DNA from: a virus
Reading direction: 5' to 3' (one strand)
Virus record (IMG/VR): IMGVR_UViG_3300005918_000012
DNA length: 64,000 nt
Numbering within the stretch: the first letter of the stretch is position 1; each line of letters opens with the position of its first letter. The notes under the pieces were generated by a model. It ran no database searches, was not told where the DNA came from, and worked only from the letters and a program-made list of their open reading frames with translations. Positions 7,550 to 18,140 of this stretch are shown piece after piece. A program made the position numbers and the translations under genes.

Positions 7550-8713
7550 ATGCCACCATTGCCGAAAACAACACCAGAACAACGATCCTTATTATATAAG
7601 GACGTTGAAGATCTGATAAGTATGGGATTCTTGTCTCATTCTGTCAGTGTTGCTGGGTCACGGTTGTCTTTTCGGGCTTTGACTTCGGGAGATCTTTTCC
7701 TACTTAGAACTCACGGAGAAGATTTGGATTGGCAGACTTGGTTGGTAGCTTCATCCGTTTGGATGGTGGATGGTTATAACCTTTTAGGAGAACCTAATTC
7801 TGCATACCATATTCATAAAATGATTAAGAAAGTCCCTCCTGCTGTATTGGATGTTTTATTTAGTATTGTCAAGGGGTTATTCCTTCGGCAGGATAATGCT
7901 GTTGGTGCAACGGAGGCTTATTGCTATGAGAATGTTTCACGATTTAGGTGGAAGGCTGGTAGCCGTTCTTCTGTGGGGGGTAACTCAGGAATTCAAGGGT
8001 CAGAACGGTTTGGGCTTAACTCTGTAACACAGATGTGGAGTTTTTTTAATACTATTGAGGATAAACGTGAATATGATGAAACTCAATGGAACGGTTTTAA
8101 ACTGACAGCTTCGGCAACATCCCCTAAAGGAGTACAGAAGATTGATAAACAGGATCGGAGTCGTCATGAACAAGAAGAAAACCGCCGGCAGGATGTGTTG
8201 GATAGGTTTTATTATGTTCGTCGAGGGATCGTTTCTCCAGAATCTAAACCAACAGATAGTAACTCAATTTCCATTCGAGCTAAGTCTGTAGATGACCTTG
8301 AGGGTGAGATGCAGCGGTGGGTAAGTGGTGATGAGGATTTCCATGATAAGGTCGTTACTAAATATAAGACCGATATTACCCATAGGTATGACACTGAACG
8401 AGAAGACCGAGAAGTCCGACGGCAGTTGTTACAAAAGAAATATGAAGAAATGGAATTAGATACACGACCACAACCTCTGGTTGGTTATACTTTGGATCAG
8501 CTATCGGAGGTTGTAAAGAGTCGGAAGCCAGGTGTGGCTCAGATTCAAAATAACTTTAAAGGAACACAAGAGAAAATGTATCATCGTCATTTGCATCAAG
8601 CTGAAAAAGGTCTATTGAAGTCCGAAGGGGATCGTTTAGAAGCCCCACCTGCTGATATGGCTCTGATGGATTTGATCTCTGATCGAAAAGTTTCTTTCAA
8701 GGTGGAGGATTGA
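7550..8713 (+). CDS. Putative tail assembly chaperone-like protein 2
   Basis: Immediately before the tape measure; N-terminus (SVSVAGSRLSFRALTSGD...LVASSVWMVDG) loosely parallels the 6302 protein; same frame as 6302, separated by TAA-CTT. Confidence 0.5.
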   Translation: MPPLPKTTPEQRSLLYKDVEDLISMGFLSHSVSVAGSRLSFRALTSGDLFLLRTHGEDLDWQTWLVASSVWMVDGYNLLGEPNSAYHIHKMIKKVPPAVLDVLFSIVKGLFLRQDNAVGATEAYCYENVSRFRWKAGSRSSVGGNSGIQGSERFGLNSVTQMWSFFNTIEDKREYDETQWNGFKLTASATSPKGVQKIDKQDRSRHEQEENRRQDVLDRFYYVRRGIVSPESKPTDSNSISIRAKSVDDLEGEMQRWVSGDEDFHDKVVTKYKTDITHRYDTEREDREVRRQLLQKKYEEMELDTRPQPLVGYTLDQLSEVVKSRKPGVAQIQNNFKGTQEKMYHRHLHQAEKGLLKSEGDRLEAPPADMALMDLISDRKVSFKVED

Positions 8714-8717
8714 GAAC

Positions 8718-11700
8718 ATGGATACAGTAACAGCAGCTTTAGCTTTCACACTTGAGATGGAAACTAAGAATATGAATAAATCCATAACTGAGATGAAATC
8801 TATCCTGCAGAAAGGCACACATGACGCAGTTTCCAAAGGTTTGACTGAAGGACTTTCAGGGAAACAAATGCAAAGAGCTCAGAAAACTATGGAAGCTAAT
8901 GCTATAGAGATTTCTAAAATACAAGAAAAAATGCATGATGAGACCCTGAAAATTGAACTTTTCAAAGATAAGTCCAGTAAAAAAAGACAGTTAGAAGAAG
9001 CACAGTTTGAAAAAGACCGTTTAGGTAAAGACCTGAAGAATAAAGCTGCTGCTGCACAAGATCAATATGACAGGATTGATAATCTATCTAAAACACTTGA
9101 TGCAATGCATAAGAAAGATGAGAGTAGTCTCCAAGCTACGGTAGGAAAAACTGTTGAGAGTTTCGGTGAAGGGATGCATGAGATTTTTTCAGATATGTCT
9201 TCTGGGGATGTTGGTAATATTCTTGGAGTTATTGGGAAAGGTGCTGCTAAACTTCAGCAAGTACAAGCTAAAGCCGTAGCTGCTAAAGAAGCCGGTGCCG
9301 GTGGAGGTATGGCTAAGATTGCTGGGATAATGTCTAAACTAGCTCCTATTTTAGTGACTATTGGAGCTATAGCTGCTGGGTTTGCTGCTATCGTAAAAAT
9401 CATTATGGATGCCGATGCTGAAGCCAAAGGACTTCACAGAACTCTATTAGAGGGAGGGGTTTCTGTTGGAGATATGGTAGTAAAAGCTGGTGATCTTGAA
9501 CAGTCTTTTAAGGATATCCGAGAAGCTGCTATAGATCCAACTAATAACTGGGATTGGGGAACACAAGCAGCAGATCAGATGAAAATTATCGGTGCATTCA
9601 ATGAAACTGGATATACTATGAAGGAGATGGTTGAGAACATAGGTAAGGGTGAGACGCAAATGAATGCTTACCAGAGAGCTACAGCTTCAGCTCTGACATA
9701 TTCAAAGCTATTAGGTGAGTCGGCAGAAAAAGTAGCCCAAGATATGACGGGAATGATGGAGCAATTAGGTCATTCATTAAGTGGTGTTCGAGATAATTTT
9801 GCTGCTATTTATGATGCTGCTCAGATGAGTGGTTTCGGTACTAAACGGTTCTTTGGGATGGTTCTTCAAGCTACTACAGGGATGAGCATGTATAATGTTA
9901 GACTCGAACAAACTACGTCTATGTTGGTTAATTTGAGTAAGATTCTTGGAACTAAGTTCGGAGCTGATTTTTTCCAGAAGTTGACAGGCCAGTTTTCAGG
10001 GGATAGTGCTCAAGAAGGTATGAAGAAAATCCTGTTACGTGGTGGAGAAGCAGTATCAGCTACTCTACAAAGTCAGGCTGAATATACTGCTGATGGGGTT
10101 ATGGATATTTTCAAAGGGCATTTAGGAGATGACTTTTCTAAGGGGTTGAAAGATATTTTTGGTAAAGAAGGTACCAAGTTGGCAGACCAACTTGGTGATG
10201 CTGATACCAGAGGAGAAGGGATTACTTCCCTTGTGTCCATGTTAGGGAAAATGAGTGGTAAGGATCAAGGGGCAGCTTTTGTTGAAATTGAGAAGAAGAT
10301 AGGTTCTGATGCAGCCCGACAATTCCAGCAGTTGCTGATTCAGACAAATGGTATCAATGGCTCACAGGGAGAGCAGATAACAGCTCTGAGGGCTCTGGGT
10401 CCGGGTGGTGTCTTGGCAGATCAGATGACTAGGATGATGAAAGTAACCGGGGCTAAGAACATGTCCGAATTAGGAGAGAAGCTGAGTGTTATAAGTCAAA
10501 ATACGCTTGAAAGTATGGATGGGATGGATTCTGCAAATAGAGATCAAATGTTAGCAATGGCCACGAGCACTGGTGCCCACTGGAGTGATATGAAAAAACT
10601 CCAGGAAAGAATGGGAGCTGAGGAGTTTCAAGGTAAAGAAGGGCAAGCCAAGTTGTTAGCTGAACAGACAAAACAAATTAACACCTGGGGAGCTACTGCT
10701 ACTAAGGATGGTAAAATTTGGCAATCTAAGTTAGATAAAAACGGGGAGATTCAGAGAACTGGTTTTAAAGCACTGGAGGATGAAAAAGATTTGTTGATGG
10801 GCAGAGCAAAAGCTGATGAAAATATTAAAGAGATAATGACTGAACAGGAAGCCTTGGCTAAACTGACAGCAGATGCTACTACAGATATGAGTGCTTATTT
10901 AGAAATGGGTGTCAAGTATTTCCTGAATGGTATCTATAATACTACTCAGAGTATTTTAGGGGCTATAACAGGTAAGAGCTTAGAGCCTGATGAAATAAAA
11001 GCAAGGGATGAGGCATTAAATAAGCAGCAAGGTATTTCATCGAGTATTGTTGATTTGATAACTCAAAAAACAAAACAAATTGATAAGGTCCGACGGGAAA
11101 AAGAAAAAGCTAGTGGACCAGAAAGAAAAGAACTAGAGAAAGAGTTAAAAACTTTACTGTCTGATAAAATTGATGCAAAATCACAATTGAAAATAAGTCA
11201 GAGTATGGAAAGAGAGCTTCTAAAGATAACAGGCGGTGGTTGGTTTGGTAGGGACAAAACAACACCTGTTATGGAAAAAGAAGTCCGAGAAAAAGTAGTT
11301 AATGATCAATTAGGGCGTACCGAAAAGATATTGCATAAGACGATGAAATCAGACACTCCTGTAGCTTTCAATGAGCAGAAACTCATACAAAGATTACGGA
11401 AAAGTAACTCAGAAGAACTGGATGCATTATTAAAATTAAGAGATGAAGGTAAAGATTACAAAGAAAAGCTCTACGAACTGGGTGAAGAGGCTTATCAAAA
11501 ACAGATAGAGGCTGCAAAGACGTTATCCCACCAAGAAGGTCTTGATGCTGACACACGTCAGAAAAATCAAGTAGAAGCAGATCAAGGACAAACCACTAAG
11601 GAGAGAGCTTCTGCTTATGCAACGGCTGATCAAAAGGAACGACTCCGAAGGATACTTAGTGGTATAACGGACAAGAAAGTTTCTGATCGGATGGTAAATC

Positions 11701-12017
11701 AAGTTATAAATGGAGGACAGCTTAAAGGAGTGGACTCCGAGCAACTGATGAACACGCTGGATGCTTGGAACTATAAAAACCAAACTGGCCTAGAACCCCC
11801 AATAATACAAGGTCAAGATTTCATAAGCACTCCAAATGGTCAGCTTATAAATCCCTCAGATAAAGATACTGTAATGGGATTCAAAAAGAATGGTCCTATA
11901 GCAAAAGCATTTGGTAAGTCCGGTGGAGGTACCGTTAATAATTTCAACCTTTACAACGATGGTCAGCAGTCTTTAGCAGCCATTGTAAAAGCTCAACGAG
12001 CAGGAGTGATAGCGTAA
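8718..12017 (+). CDS. Tail tape measure protein (1099 aa)
   Basis: Helical K/E/A/G/M-rich sequence; hydrophobic segment LAPILVTIGAIAAGFAAIVKII; C-terminal DFISTPNG...DTVMGFKKNGP...GGGTVNNFNLY tail; position; SD GGAGG. Confidence 0.82.
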   Translation: MDTVTAALAFTLEMETKNMNKSITEMKSILQKGTHDAVSKGLTEGLSGKQMQRAQKTMEANAIEISKIQEKMHDETLKIELFKDKSSKKRQLEEAQFEKDRLGKDLKNKAAAAQDQYDRIDNLSKTLDAMHKKDESSLQATVGKTVESFGEGMHEIFSDMSSGDVGNILGVIGKGAAKLQQVQAKAVAAKEAGAGGGMAKIAGIMSKLAPILVTIGAIAAGFAAIVKIIMDADAEAKGLHRTLLEGGVSVGDMVVKAGDLEQSFKDIREAAIDPTNNWDWGTQAADQMKIIGAFNETGYTMKEMVENIGKGETQMNAYQRATASALTYSKLLGESAEKVAQDMTGMMEQLGHSLSGVRDNFAAIYDAAQMSGFGTKRFFGMVLQATTGMSMYNVRLEQTTSMLVNLSKILGTKFGADFFQKLTGQFSGDSAQEGMKKILLRGGEAVSATLQSQAEYTADGVMDIFKGHLGDDFSKGLKDIFGKEGTKLADQLGDADTRGEGITSLVSMLGKMSGKDQGAAFVEIEKKIGSDAARQFQQLLIQTNGINGSQGEQITALRALGPGGVLADQMTRMMKVTGAKNMSELGEKLSVISQNTLESMDGMDSANRDQMLAMATSTGAHWSDMKKLQERMGAEEFQGKEGQAKLLAEQTKQINTWGATATKDGKIWQSKLDKNGEIQRTGFKALEDEKDLLMGRAKADENIKEIMTEQEALAKLTADATTDMSAYLEMGVKYFLNGIYNTTQSILGAITGKSLEPDEIKARDEALNKQQGISSSIVDLITQKTKQIDKVRREKEKASGPERKELEKELKTLLSDKIDAKSQLKISQSMERELLKITGGGWFGRDKTTPVMEKEVREKVVNDQLGRTEKILHKTMKSDTPVAFNEQKLIQRLRKSNSEELDALLKLRDEGKDYKEKLYELGEEAYQKQIEAAKTLSHQEGLDADTRQKNQVEADQGQTTKERASAYATADQKERLRRILSGITDKKVSDRMVNQVINGGQLKGVDSEQLMNTLDAWNYKNQTGLEPPIIQGQDFISTPNGQLINPSDKDTVMGFKKNGPIAKAFGKSGGGTVNNFNLYNDGQQSLAAIVKAQRAGVIA

Positions 12018-12020
12018 CCG

Positions 12021-12707
12021 ATGGCTAAGAACCCACCAGTTTTCCGTTCGTCTTTCATGTCACCAGACGATGGATCAGATGAAGATCTCGGTATCAAACC
12101 CGTGGTCTTTGATATACTTGCAACTGACAGGGAAACATCCATCCTGCCGGATACGATGAAGTTGGTTCTTCATGTGAATCCTGAGACTATGTCTATTGGT
12201 TACACCAAGATCATTGAACGTATTCCAACTAAGGGTGGTTTTGTCGAACAGCATTTCGGTGAGGGTATAGATTCCTTAGAGTTTAATATGGCAACTGGTG
12301 GCTTCATGAGATTGTTCTCAGGGCTTTCAAATATTACAGGTGGTCCCGGAGCTCTTGATGTAGAAGGTAGCCGTCGGGAAACTATTGCATATGATAAATA
12401 CCTTGATGTGTTGGCACTATTTCATAACAACGGCTCTGTCTACGATGTGACTGGTAGGATTGTTTTTCAGGGTTTTATTAGTGCAACTTTTGATGGTGGT
12501 GTTTATCTGGGATTCTTTAATGATTTCAGTGTGGTTGAGGTTGCAGACAAACCATATCAATTTGCATTAACGACCAGTTTTACTATCCAACACGAGCTTG
12601 TTAGGATGCGTACAGATATGATGTACGGTACAGAGGCTTCGTCAAGTTTTCCTGTATTTGATATACTTAATCCTGATCTTTTGGATCTTGGCAAACGGAT
12701 AAAGTGA
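12021..12707 (+). CDS. Tail tube initiator / baseplate-tube junction protein, paralogue A (T4 gp48/gp54-like role)
   Basis: LHVNPETMSIGYTKII..IPTKGGFVEQHFGE...YLGFFNDFSVVEVADKPYQFALTTSF tube-fold pattern; follows the tape measure. Confidence 0.65.
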   Translation: MAKNPPVFRSSFMSPDDGSDEDLGIKPVVFDILATDRETSILPDTMKLVLHVNPETMSIGYTKIIERIPTKGGFVEQHFGEGIDSLEFNMATGGFMRLFSGLSNITGGPGALDVEGSRRETIAYDKYLDVLALFHNNGSVYDVTGRIVFQGFISATFDGGVYLGFFNDFSVVEVADKPYQFALTTSFTIQHELVRMRTDMMYGTEASSSFPVFDILNPDLLDLGKRIK

Positions 12708-12714
12708 GGGCATT

Positions 12715-14070
12715 ATGGCTGATATAATTTCATTAGAAGATGCCACAGCAGATGGTGGAAGTCCCTCGGCAGGGGAAGACCGAACAATGCTTATGGCTCA
12801 AGCGGTATCTAACCCACCAGCTCCCGTAGCATTCCAGTATTTGAATGTTGGTCCTGAGATGGCTATTGAAATGGAAAGCATCTCAACCGATCAGGTTGAC
12901 AATTCTGATAGTATGTTGAGGAATCTATCTCCTTTTGTAATCCAAGTTGAACCTCCTGCTTCTTTCCAAGCATATGCTTCTAACCCAGCATATGCCAACG
13001 GCCCTAGCATTGGGTTGTATGACAGAGCAAACGGTACTTCTAAGAGCTATCAGAAGGCCAGAGATGCTCTTTTTGAGAGTGATCCTTTGAATGGGGCTGC
13101 AAGTACACAGACTACAATGAATCCTGAAGATTATCTGGTATCAATCAGTGAGACAGAAACCTTAGCGGTGGGTGAACAGGTGGGTTCTCCTGACCCAAAT
13201 GCCGATTTACCTGTACAAGGGCAATCTTTATTACCGGATTTGCTAACTGTGATGGATATGAAGCTCCAAATTGCTAACATTATGAAGATTCCCCCGTTGG
13301 TGTTGCTGATTAATCCAACATCGTTCCAGATACAGTACACGAAAATCCAGCAATATCAGGATCGTAGTCGGTACGGGTACATTCTTCATACGTGGGGTGA
13401 GGATCAAGCTAAGATTTCATTTACGGCCAAGTGCGGAGCTTTCATATCCGGTGGCCGTGGGGTTCACGTTGCCAGTCGGAACGATTCAAAAGCTTGGCAG
13501 AATATGCAGAACCTGATGAGGTTTTACAAAAACAATGGTTACATCTATGATACTATAGGTAAATCCAATGCCCATTTACACGTAGGGGCTTTATCCATTC
13601 GATACGATGGGTTCATTTACTACGGCTCTATGGAATCATTTGCCTTTGAATTCAATGAGGACAATGAGCTTGGTGGTATGGAATTTAACATTGAGTTTAC
13701 AGCCAACGGGATTATGGATACAACTTCTGATACTAATATGGTATATCCGATGCGGTCACCTTTACCGAGCATTCTTGATTCCCGATATATGGGTTTAGGT
13801 AACCAGAATCGGGCAGGAGAATTTGCTCTTGGAGAACATGGGATAAAGACTCAAGGGAGAGAAGTGAGTCCGGGAGATGCTTTTGAAACTCTGGTTCCTC
13901 AAAAAGCTGCTAATCTTATAGATCCCACACAGGGGACTGTTATCTCTAATTCAACACAGGTTGGGCAACCTATCGGGGATCAGGCTATTCAAGAACCGTT
14001 AATAGGGGGTATTGCTGGGGAACTGAATCAAGTTGACCCAGTTAATGTTGCCCCGTTTGGAAGTGGCTAA
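12715..14070 (+). CDS. Tail tube initiator / baseplate-tube junction protein, paralogue B, with N- and C-terminal extensions
   Basis: LLINPTSFQIQYTKI...HTWGE...FYKNNGYIYD..G...YDGFIYYGSMESFAFE aligns by eye with the 12021 protein. Confidence 0.65.
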   Translation: MADIISLEDATADGGSPSAGEDRTMLMAQAVSNPPAPVAFQYLNVGPEMAIEMESISTDQVDNSDSMLRNLSPFVIQVEPPASFQAYASNPAYANGPSIGLYDRANGTSKSYQKARDALFESDPLNGAASTQTTMNPEDYLVSISETETLAVGEQVGSPDPNADLPVQGQSLLPDLLTVMDMKLQIANIMKIPPLVLLINPTSFQIQYTKIQQYQDRSRYGYILHTWGEDQAKISFTAKCGAFISGGRGVHVASRNDSKAWQNMQNLMRFYKNNGYIYDTIGKSNAHLHVGALSIRYDGFIYYGSMESFAFEFNEDNELGGMEFNIEFTANGIMDTTSDTNMVYPMRSPLPSILDSRYMGLGNQNRAGEFALGEHGIKTQGREVSPGDAFETLVPQKAANLIDPTQGTVISNSTQVGQPIGDQAIQEPLIGGIAGELNQVDPVNVAPFGSG

Positions 14071-17000
14071 TGAGTTTGGGATCAAGACCATATGTAGGAA
14101 CATGGCGGTTAAACCGTCAGCAAGTTGTTCAACACACCCCAGATTGCTTGGTGTATCTGAATGGGGACACAGCCTTGCCAGGTTGTGCTCGTTGTAATAG
14201 CAGAATTGATATCCAAGAGTTCATTACAGAGGTGTCTGTGGACGCAGGAACGGACCCTGGAGCTACTTCAGCTTCATTTACCTTGTCAGTACCTGTTCAC
14301 CATCATGATTCGTTTGCAAAGGACGCTCAGTTCATTTTACGACCTGGGTTAGAAGTTCATATTTATCAACGTGGGTATTTCCCGGTCGTAGGTTTATATC
14401 CTGAAACCGATGAGAAGATGCCAGCTTATCCGTACTATCATGTTTTCCACGGGGTTATTATTCAAGTAGGTGGTTCTTACAGTTCTGGTGTACAAACCTA
14501 CTCCGTTCAATGTGGCTCGATGTTACATTTCTGGCAGTTCCAGCAAGTTAGTACAAATGCAGCAATATATGCAAAAGCTCCAGATGAGTCCCATAACAAA
14601 TCATCCCCAGTAGGCCATAACTACACAGGTCAGCACCCTTACGAAATCATTTGGAATATCCATAACGATTTTGTCAGTGCTGCTGCTGGTATAGGGTTTG
14701 CTTTATCCAACCAGACAAATGTAAATGCTATGTTTGGAAACAAGTCTCTTTACTCTTATACTGCTAAGTATTGGGAGGAGCGGTTTCGGACAAGTACTAT
14801 CCGGCTGAGAATGCACGGGGCAACAGGGACGTTATTTAATGCTGAACAAGCTGCATTCATGGGGAGAGCTTCTAGTAAAGAACTTCTGAGGTTAGTTAAA
14901 AGCCGATTTAACCCAAGTAATACAGGGTCGGAATCGGGGCCAGCCCCATTCAGCGGTGCTAAAATCAGAGGCTCTTGGGCACCAGAAGTTTTAGATTCCT
15001 TTCTGTGGTTGGATAGATCTTCTTCTGGGAGAAAAAATATTGGTTTGAATATCGTAGAGATGCAAGCTTTCATTACTGATATTGGGATGTTTGGTCAATA
15101 CAATGAATTTGAATCCACTTATGAGAGTAAATTGGATATTGCCAATAAAATTTGTGATGTTGCAGGGTTTGAGTTTTATCAGGATGTGGATGGAGATTTT
15201 GTTTTCAAACCACCATTTTATAATATGGACACATCAAGCTCACGGACTTATTGTATTGAAGATATTGATATCATTAGCATTAACTTTGACGAGAAAGAAC
15301 CCGAAGTCACCTACATGACAGCCAAAGGTGGCCAATATAAGAATACTGTTGGTGCTGGTGGTGAGAATGAGTGGGGTGTTCGTGGTCAGTATGTGGATTA
15401 CCGTCTGGTAGCTAAGTACGGATGGCGTCCCGGAGAGTTTGAGACTGCTTACATCAACGATAGAGAGGCTATGCAACATGCTGCTGCTAACCAGTTAGAT
15501 ATTATGAATGCTGGTAGTCAGTCGGCTTCTTTAACTATCCCCCTACGCCCTGAAATCCGACCGGGGTTTCCTGTGTATATCCGATACTTGGATTGTTTCT
15601 ATTATTGCACCTCAATGTCCCACAGTTTTGTAGTCGGTGGGCAATGCACGACAACTTTACAGCTCAGTGCTAAGAGAGCTAAGTTCTTTGCTCCTGGTGA
15701 TGTAGATAAACCCAAGGCAGGGATTGATGCTATTCGTTTAGATAACCCAACGATGCCACCCAGACCTCTCCAAGTAGAAAACAACATGGGCTACCCAACC
15801 CTGATGGGGTTCCCGAATACTGTTATGTCCCTTGATCCTAATAGGATTGATCCTCGGTTATTATTAATGGGCGGTGGGGTTTTTAACATGAAGAATCCTA
15901 AGATGATGCAGGGATTTCTTCAGATGGCTTTAGATATGAGGGTTATCAATTATGCAGGTGGGGCTGATTCGGGTGATTATTTTGAAATGCAGATGGGAGA
16001 GAATAAGACAGTTGTATTCCATTACGAGATGGATGAAGCCAGTCAGCCTGCAGGTACTCATCCTTCAGCAATAAACCCTACGAATGCTTTTGATTTAGAT
16101 GCTGGTGTGAGTGAGTACAAAAAAATGGTAGTGAAGCGTAATGCTACTCAAGCAACACTGAAAATATCCATTGCTGCCGGACAGAAAAATGTGGATGAGT
16201 TAGCCCATAAGTATACGGCCATCCCAAGTGATAATAAAAATGCAGCCAAGAAAAAAGCAGCCTTAAAGAAAGTGCAAGAAGCTGAGAAAGCAGTAGGAGG
16301 GCTTCTGGATAGATTGGATGTTAACAGTGCAGCATTCCAAAAAGAATTGGATGGGTTGGATAGTAAAAATGCTGATGCTGTGAAAATTATTTATAAGATT
16401 GTTCAGGAATTAACGGATTCTAAAGATGGTTCTCGTGAAGATATAAATAGTACCAGTTTCATTTTAGGACTTCTTGCAGATAAGAAATCGACTCTGACAA
16501 ATGCTTCTATTCCCGGATCTTACCGATATTATTCGAGTTCTCATCCAACTCCTGCTCATCAAGGGATGTCGGGACTTACGATTAACTTTACTGATGATGA
16601 GGGTGATATAACACAACTTAAAGCTTCGTTCTTAAACCCTAGACTTTCAGGGGAAGGTTTCCTTAAAGAGGGTCCGCAATCTCCTTTAAATAAGGCTATT
16701 GATTCAAAGTTTGGGCAAATCCCGGTAGTTCAAGGAATTAAGATTTTAGATGGGAATCCTAATAAAAAAGGTGGGGTTATCGTCCCTACTTCTGAGATCA
16801 GGGCTTTGGCTTTCTCTCCTGTGCATTATATAGTTCCGAGAAAAAAGACTAAAACTAAAGAAGCTCCGAAGGCAATGAGTTTATCAACCAACTTCTATGC
16901 TAATTTAACAGCCTCCGCCGTGTCTGCTGTATCAGGAACAGGGGCTACTACAACATTACAGGGTGCTTTTAGTACTTGGATTGCTGAGTTAAATTCTCAA

Positions 17001-18140
17001 TTTACAACTATTGCTCAGGATGTATATTCAGAAGTTGCTCTCCCTTTGACCGTCACGTTGGTCCCAGTGAAGATCAAAGAAAGCATAATGAGCCTTTCAG
17101 ATACCCCTGATAATTTTAAATTGAGTGGTAGTAGTGTCGAATTTAGTACAACCCGTACAGCAACTGGGGCTGCCACTAGTAGTAGTGTTGAACCAATTAA
17201 ACAGTTTAGCAGCAGTGAAGGCATGTCTGTAGGTCAGTTCTGGAATGTAGTTGCTAAAAACCTTGTGAAAGCTTTAAAACATCAGCTTGATCTTAGTGTT
17301 GATTCTTGGAAAAAGAAGGTTAAGGAAAATGTACCTGTTGTAAATGTGAGTGAGGGTGACGTAGATATTTATCAAAATGCTGTAACAAAGTTTTTTACGG
17401 TGTTCCAAGGCGTCTATGGTCAAAGTAGTTCTGGTAAGACTCAAAAAACGAGTGCTAGTTTAACTAAAGATGTAAACACTTCCTGTCCTGTTTTCCCTGT
17501 CTCTGATGCCCGTGGGTATGAAGTATTCGGGGCTTTTCAGTACGGGAGAGGGGTTGATATCAATCCAAATGGGGTGTTCTCTAAACTAGCTTTAAGTGGG
17601 CCATTAGAGAAATTAGACGTTGCAACTAAGAATGCATTTATGAGTACGGCTTTTGCTTCGGAGGGGACTCTGGAGGGTAAAGAAACACAGGCTCTCGTAG
17701 ATAGTTTAAATAAAGCAAATTTAGGAGATTCTTCCTTAACAAGTATTCTTGCTAAAGCCCCAGTTTTAGAGGGTGATGCAGCCAAGACTCAGCTATTAGC
17801 TAATGACCTTCGGAACTGGTACATAAATAGAAGAGATGCTGTAACTAAGACTCAGGTACAGTTAACAAATGCTGCTTACACTTTGGCTGATCTTAAACCG
17901 GCTTCTCTCAGTATTTGTAATTGTAAAATGGCTGAGGCCAGTATCATTCTGGAAAGTGCTCAAGAGCAAGAGTTTGTTCCTGTAGTCGAAGGATTCATGG
18001 AGTTGCAGGGAGAAGATCCTGTAACAGCTGTTCAAGTTAAAGGTGCAGCAGCTGCTGGGGCAAACTGGACATTACATCAGCAGGCTTTACGTGGAGAAGT
18101 TTTGGATAAAAACTCTAACACAGCGAAGGACAAAATATAA
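14070..18140 (+). CDS. Baseplate hub (T4 gp27 / VgrG N-terminal-like) with ~800-aa C-terminal extension
   Basis: SASFTLS...EVHIY...VFHGVI; FEFYQDVDGDFVFKPPFYN; KYGWR; SLTIPLRPEIRPGFPVYI...SMSHSF...TTTLQLS. Directly upstream of the spike. Confidence 0.78.
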   Translation: MSLGSRPYVGTWRLNRQQVVQHTPDCLVYLNGDTALPGCARCNSRIDIQEFITEVSVDAGTDPGATSASFTLSVPVHHHDSFAKDAQFILRPGLEVHIYQRGYFPVVGLYPETDEKMPAYPYYHVFHGVIIQVGGSYSSGVQTYSVQCGSMLHFWQFQQVSTNAAIYAKAPDESHNKSSPVGHNYTGQHPYEIIWNIHNDFVSAAAGIGFALSNQTNVNAMFGNKSLYSYTAKYWEERFRTSTIRLRMHGATGTLFNAEQAAFMGRASSKELLRLVKSRFNPSNTGSESGPAPFSGAKIRGSWAPEVLDSFLWLDRSSSGRKNIGLNIVEMQAFITDIGMFGQYNEFESTYESKLDIANKICDVAGFEFYQDVDGDFVFKPPFYNMDTSSSRTYCIEDIDIISINFDEKEPEVTYMTAKGGQYKNTVGAGGENEWGVRGQYVDYRLVAKYGWRPGEFETAYINDREAMQHAAANQLDIMNAGSQSASLTIPLRPEIRPGFPVYIRYLDCFYYCTSMSHSFVVGGQCTTTLQLSAKRAKFFAPGDVDKPKAGIDAIRLDNPTMPPRPLQVENNMGYPTLMGFPNTVMSLDPNRIDPRLLLMGGGVFNMKNPKMMQGFLQMALDMRVINYAGGADSGDYFEMQMGENKTVVFHYEMDEASQPAGTHPSAINPTNAFDLDAGVSEYKKMVVKRNATQATLKISIAAGQKNVDELAHKYTAIPSDNKNAAKKKAALKKVQEAEKAVGGLLDRLDVNSAAFQKELDGLDSKNADAVKIIYKIVQELTDSKDGSREDINSTSFILGLLADKKSTLTNASIPGSYRYYSSSHPTPAHQGMSGLTINFTDDEGDITQLKASFLNPRLSGEGFLKEGPQSPLNKAIDSKFGQIPVVQGIKILDGNPNKKGGVIVPTSEIRALAFSPVHYIVPRKKTKTKEAPKAMSLSTNFYANLTASAVSAVSGTGATTTLQGAFSTWIAELNSQFTTIAQDVYSEVALPLTVTLVPVKIKESIMSLSDTPDNFKLSGSSVEFSTTRTATGAATSSSVEPIKQFSSSEGMSVGQFWNVVAKNLVKALKHQLDLSVDSWKKKVKENVPVVNVSEGDVDIYQNAVTKFFTVFQGVYGQSSSGKTQKTSASLTKDVNTSCPVFPVSDARGYEVFGAFQYGRGVDINPNGVFSKLALSGPLEKLDVATKNAFMSTAFASEGTLEGKETQALVDSLNKANLGDSSLTSILAKAPVLEGDAAKTQLLANDLRNWYINRRDAVTKTQVQLTNAAYTLADLKPASLSICNCKMAEASIILESAQEQEFVPVVEGFMELQGEDPVTAVQVKGAAAAGANWTLHQQALRGEVLDKNSNTAKDKI

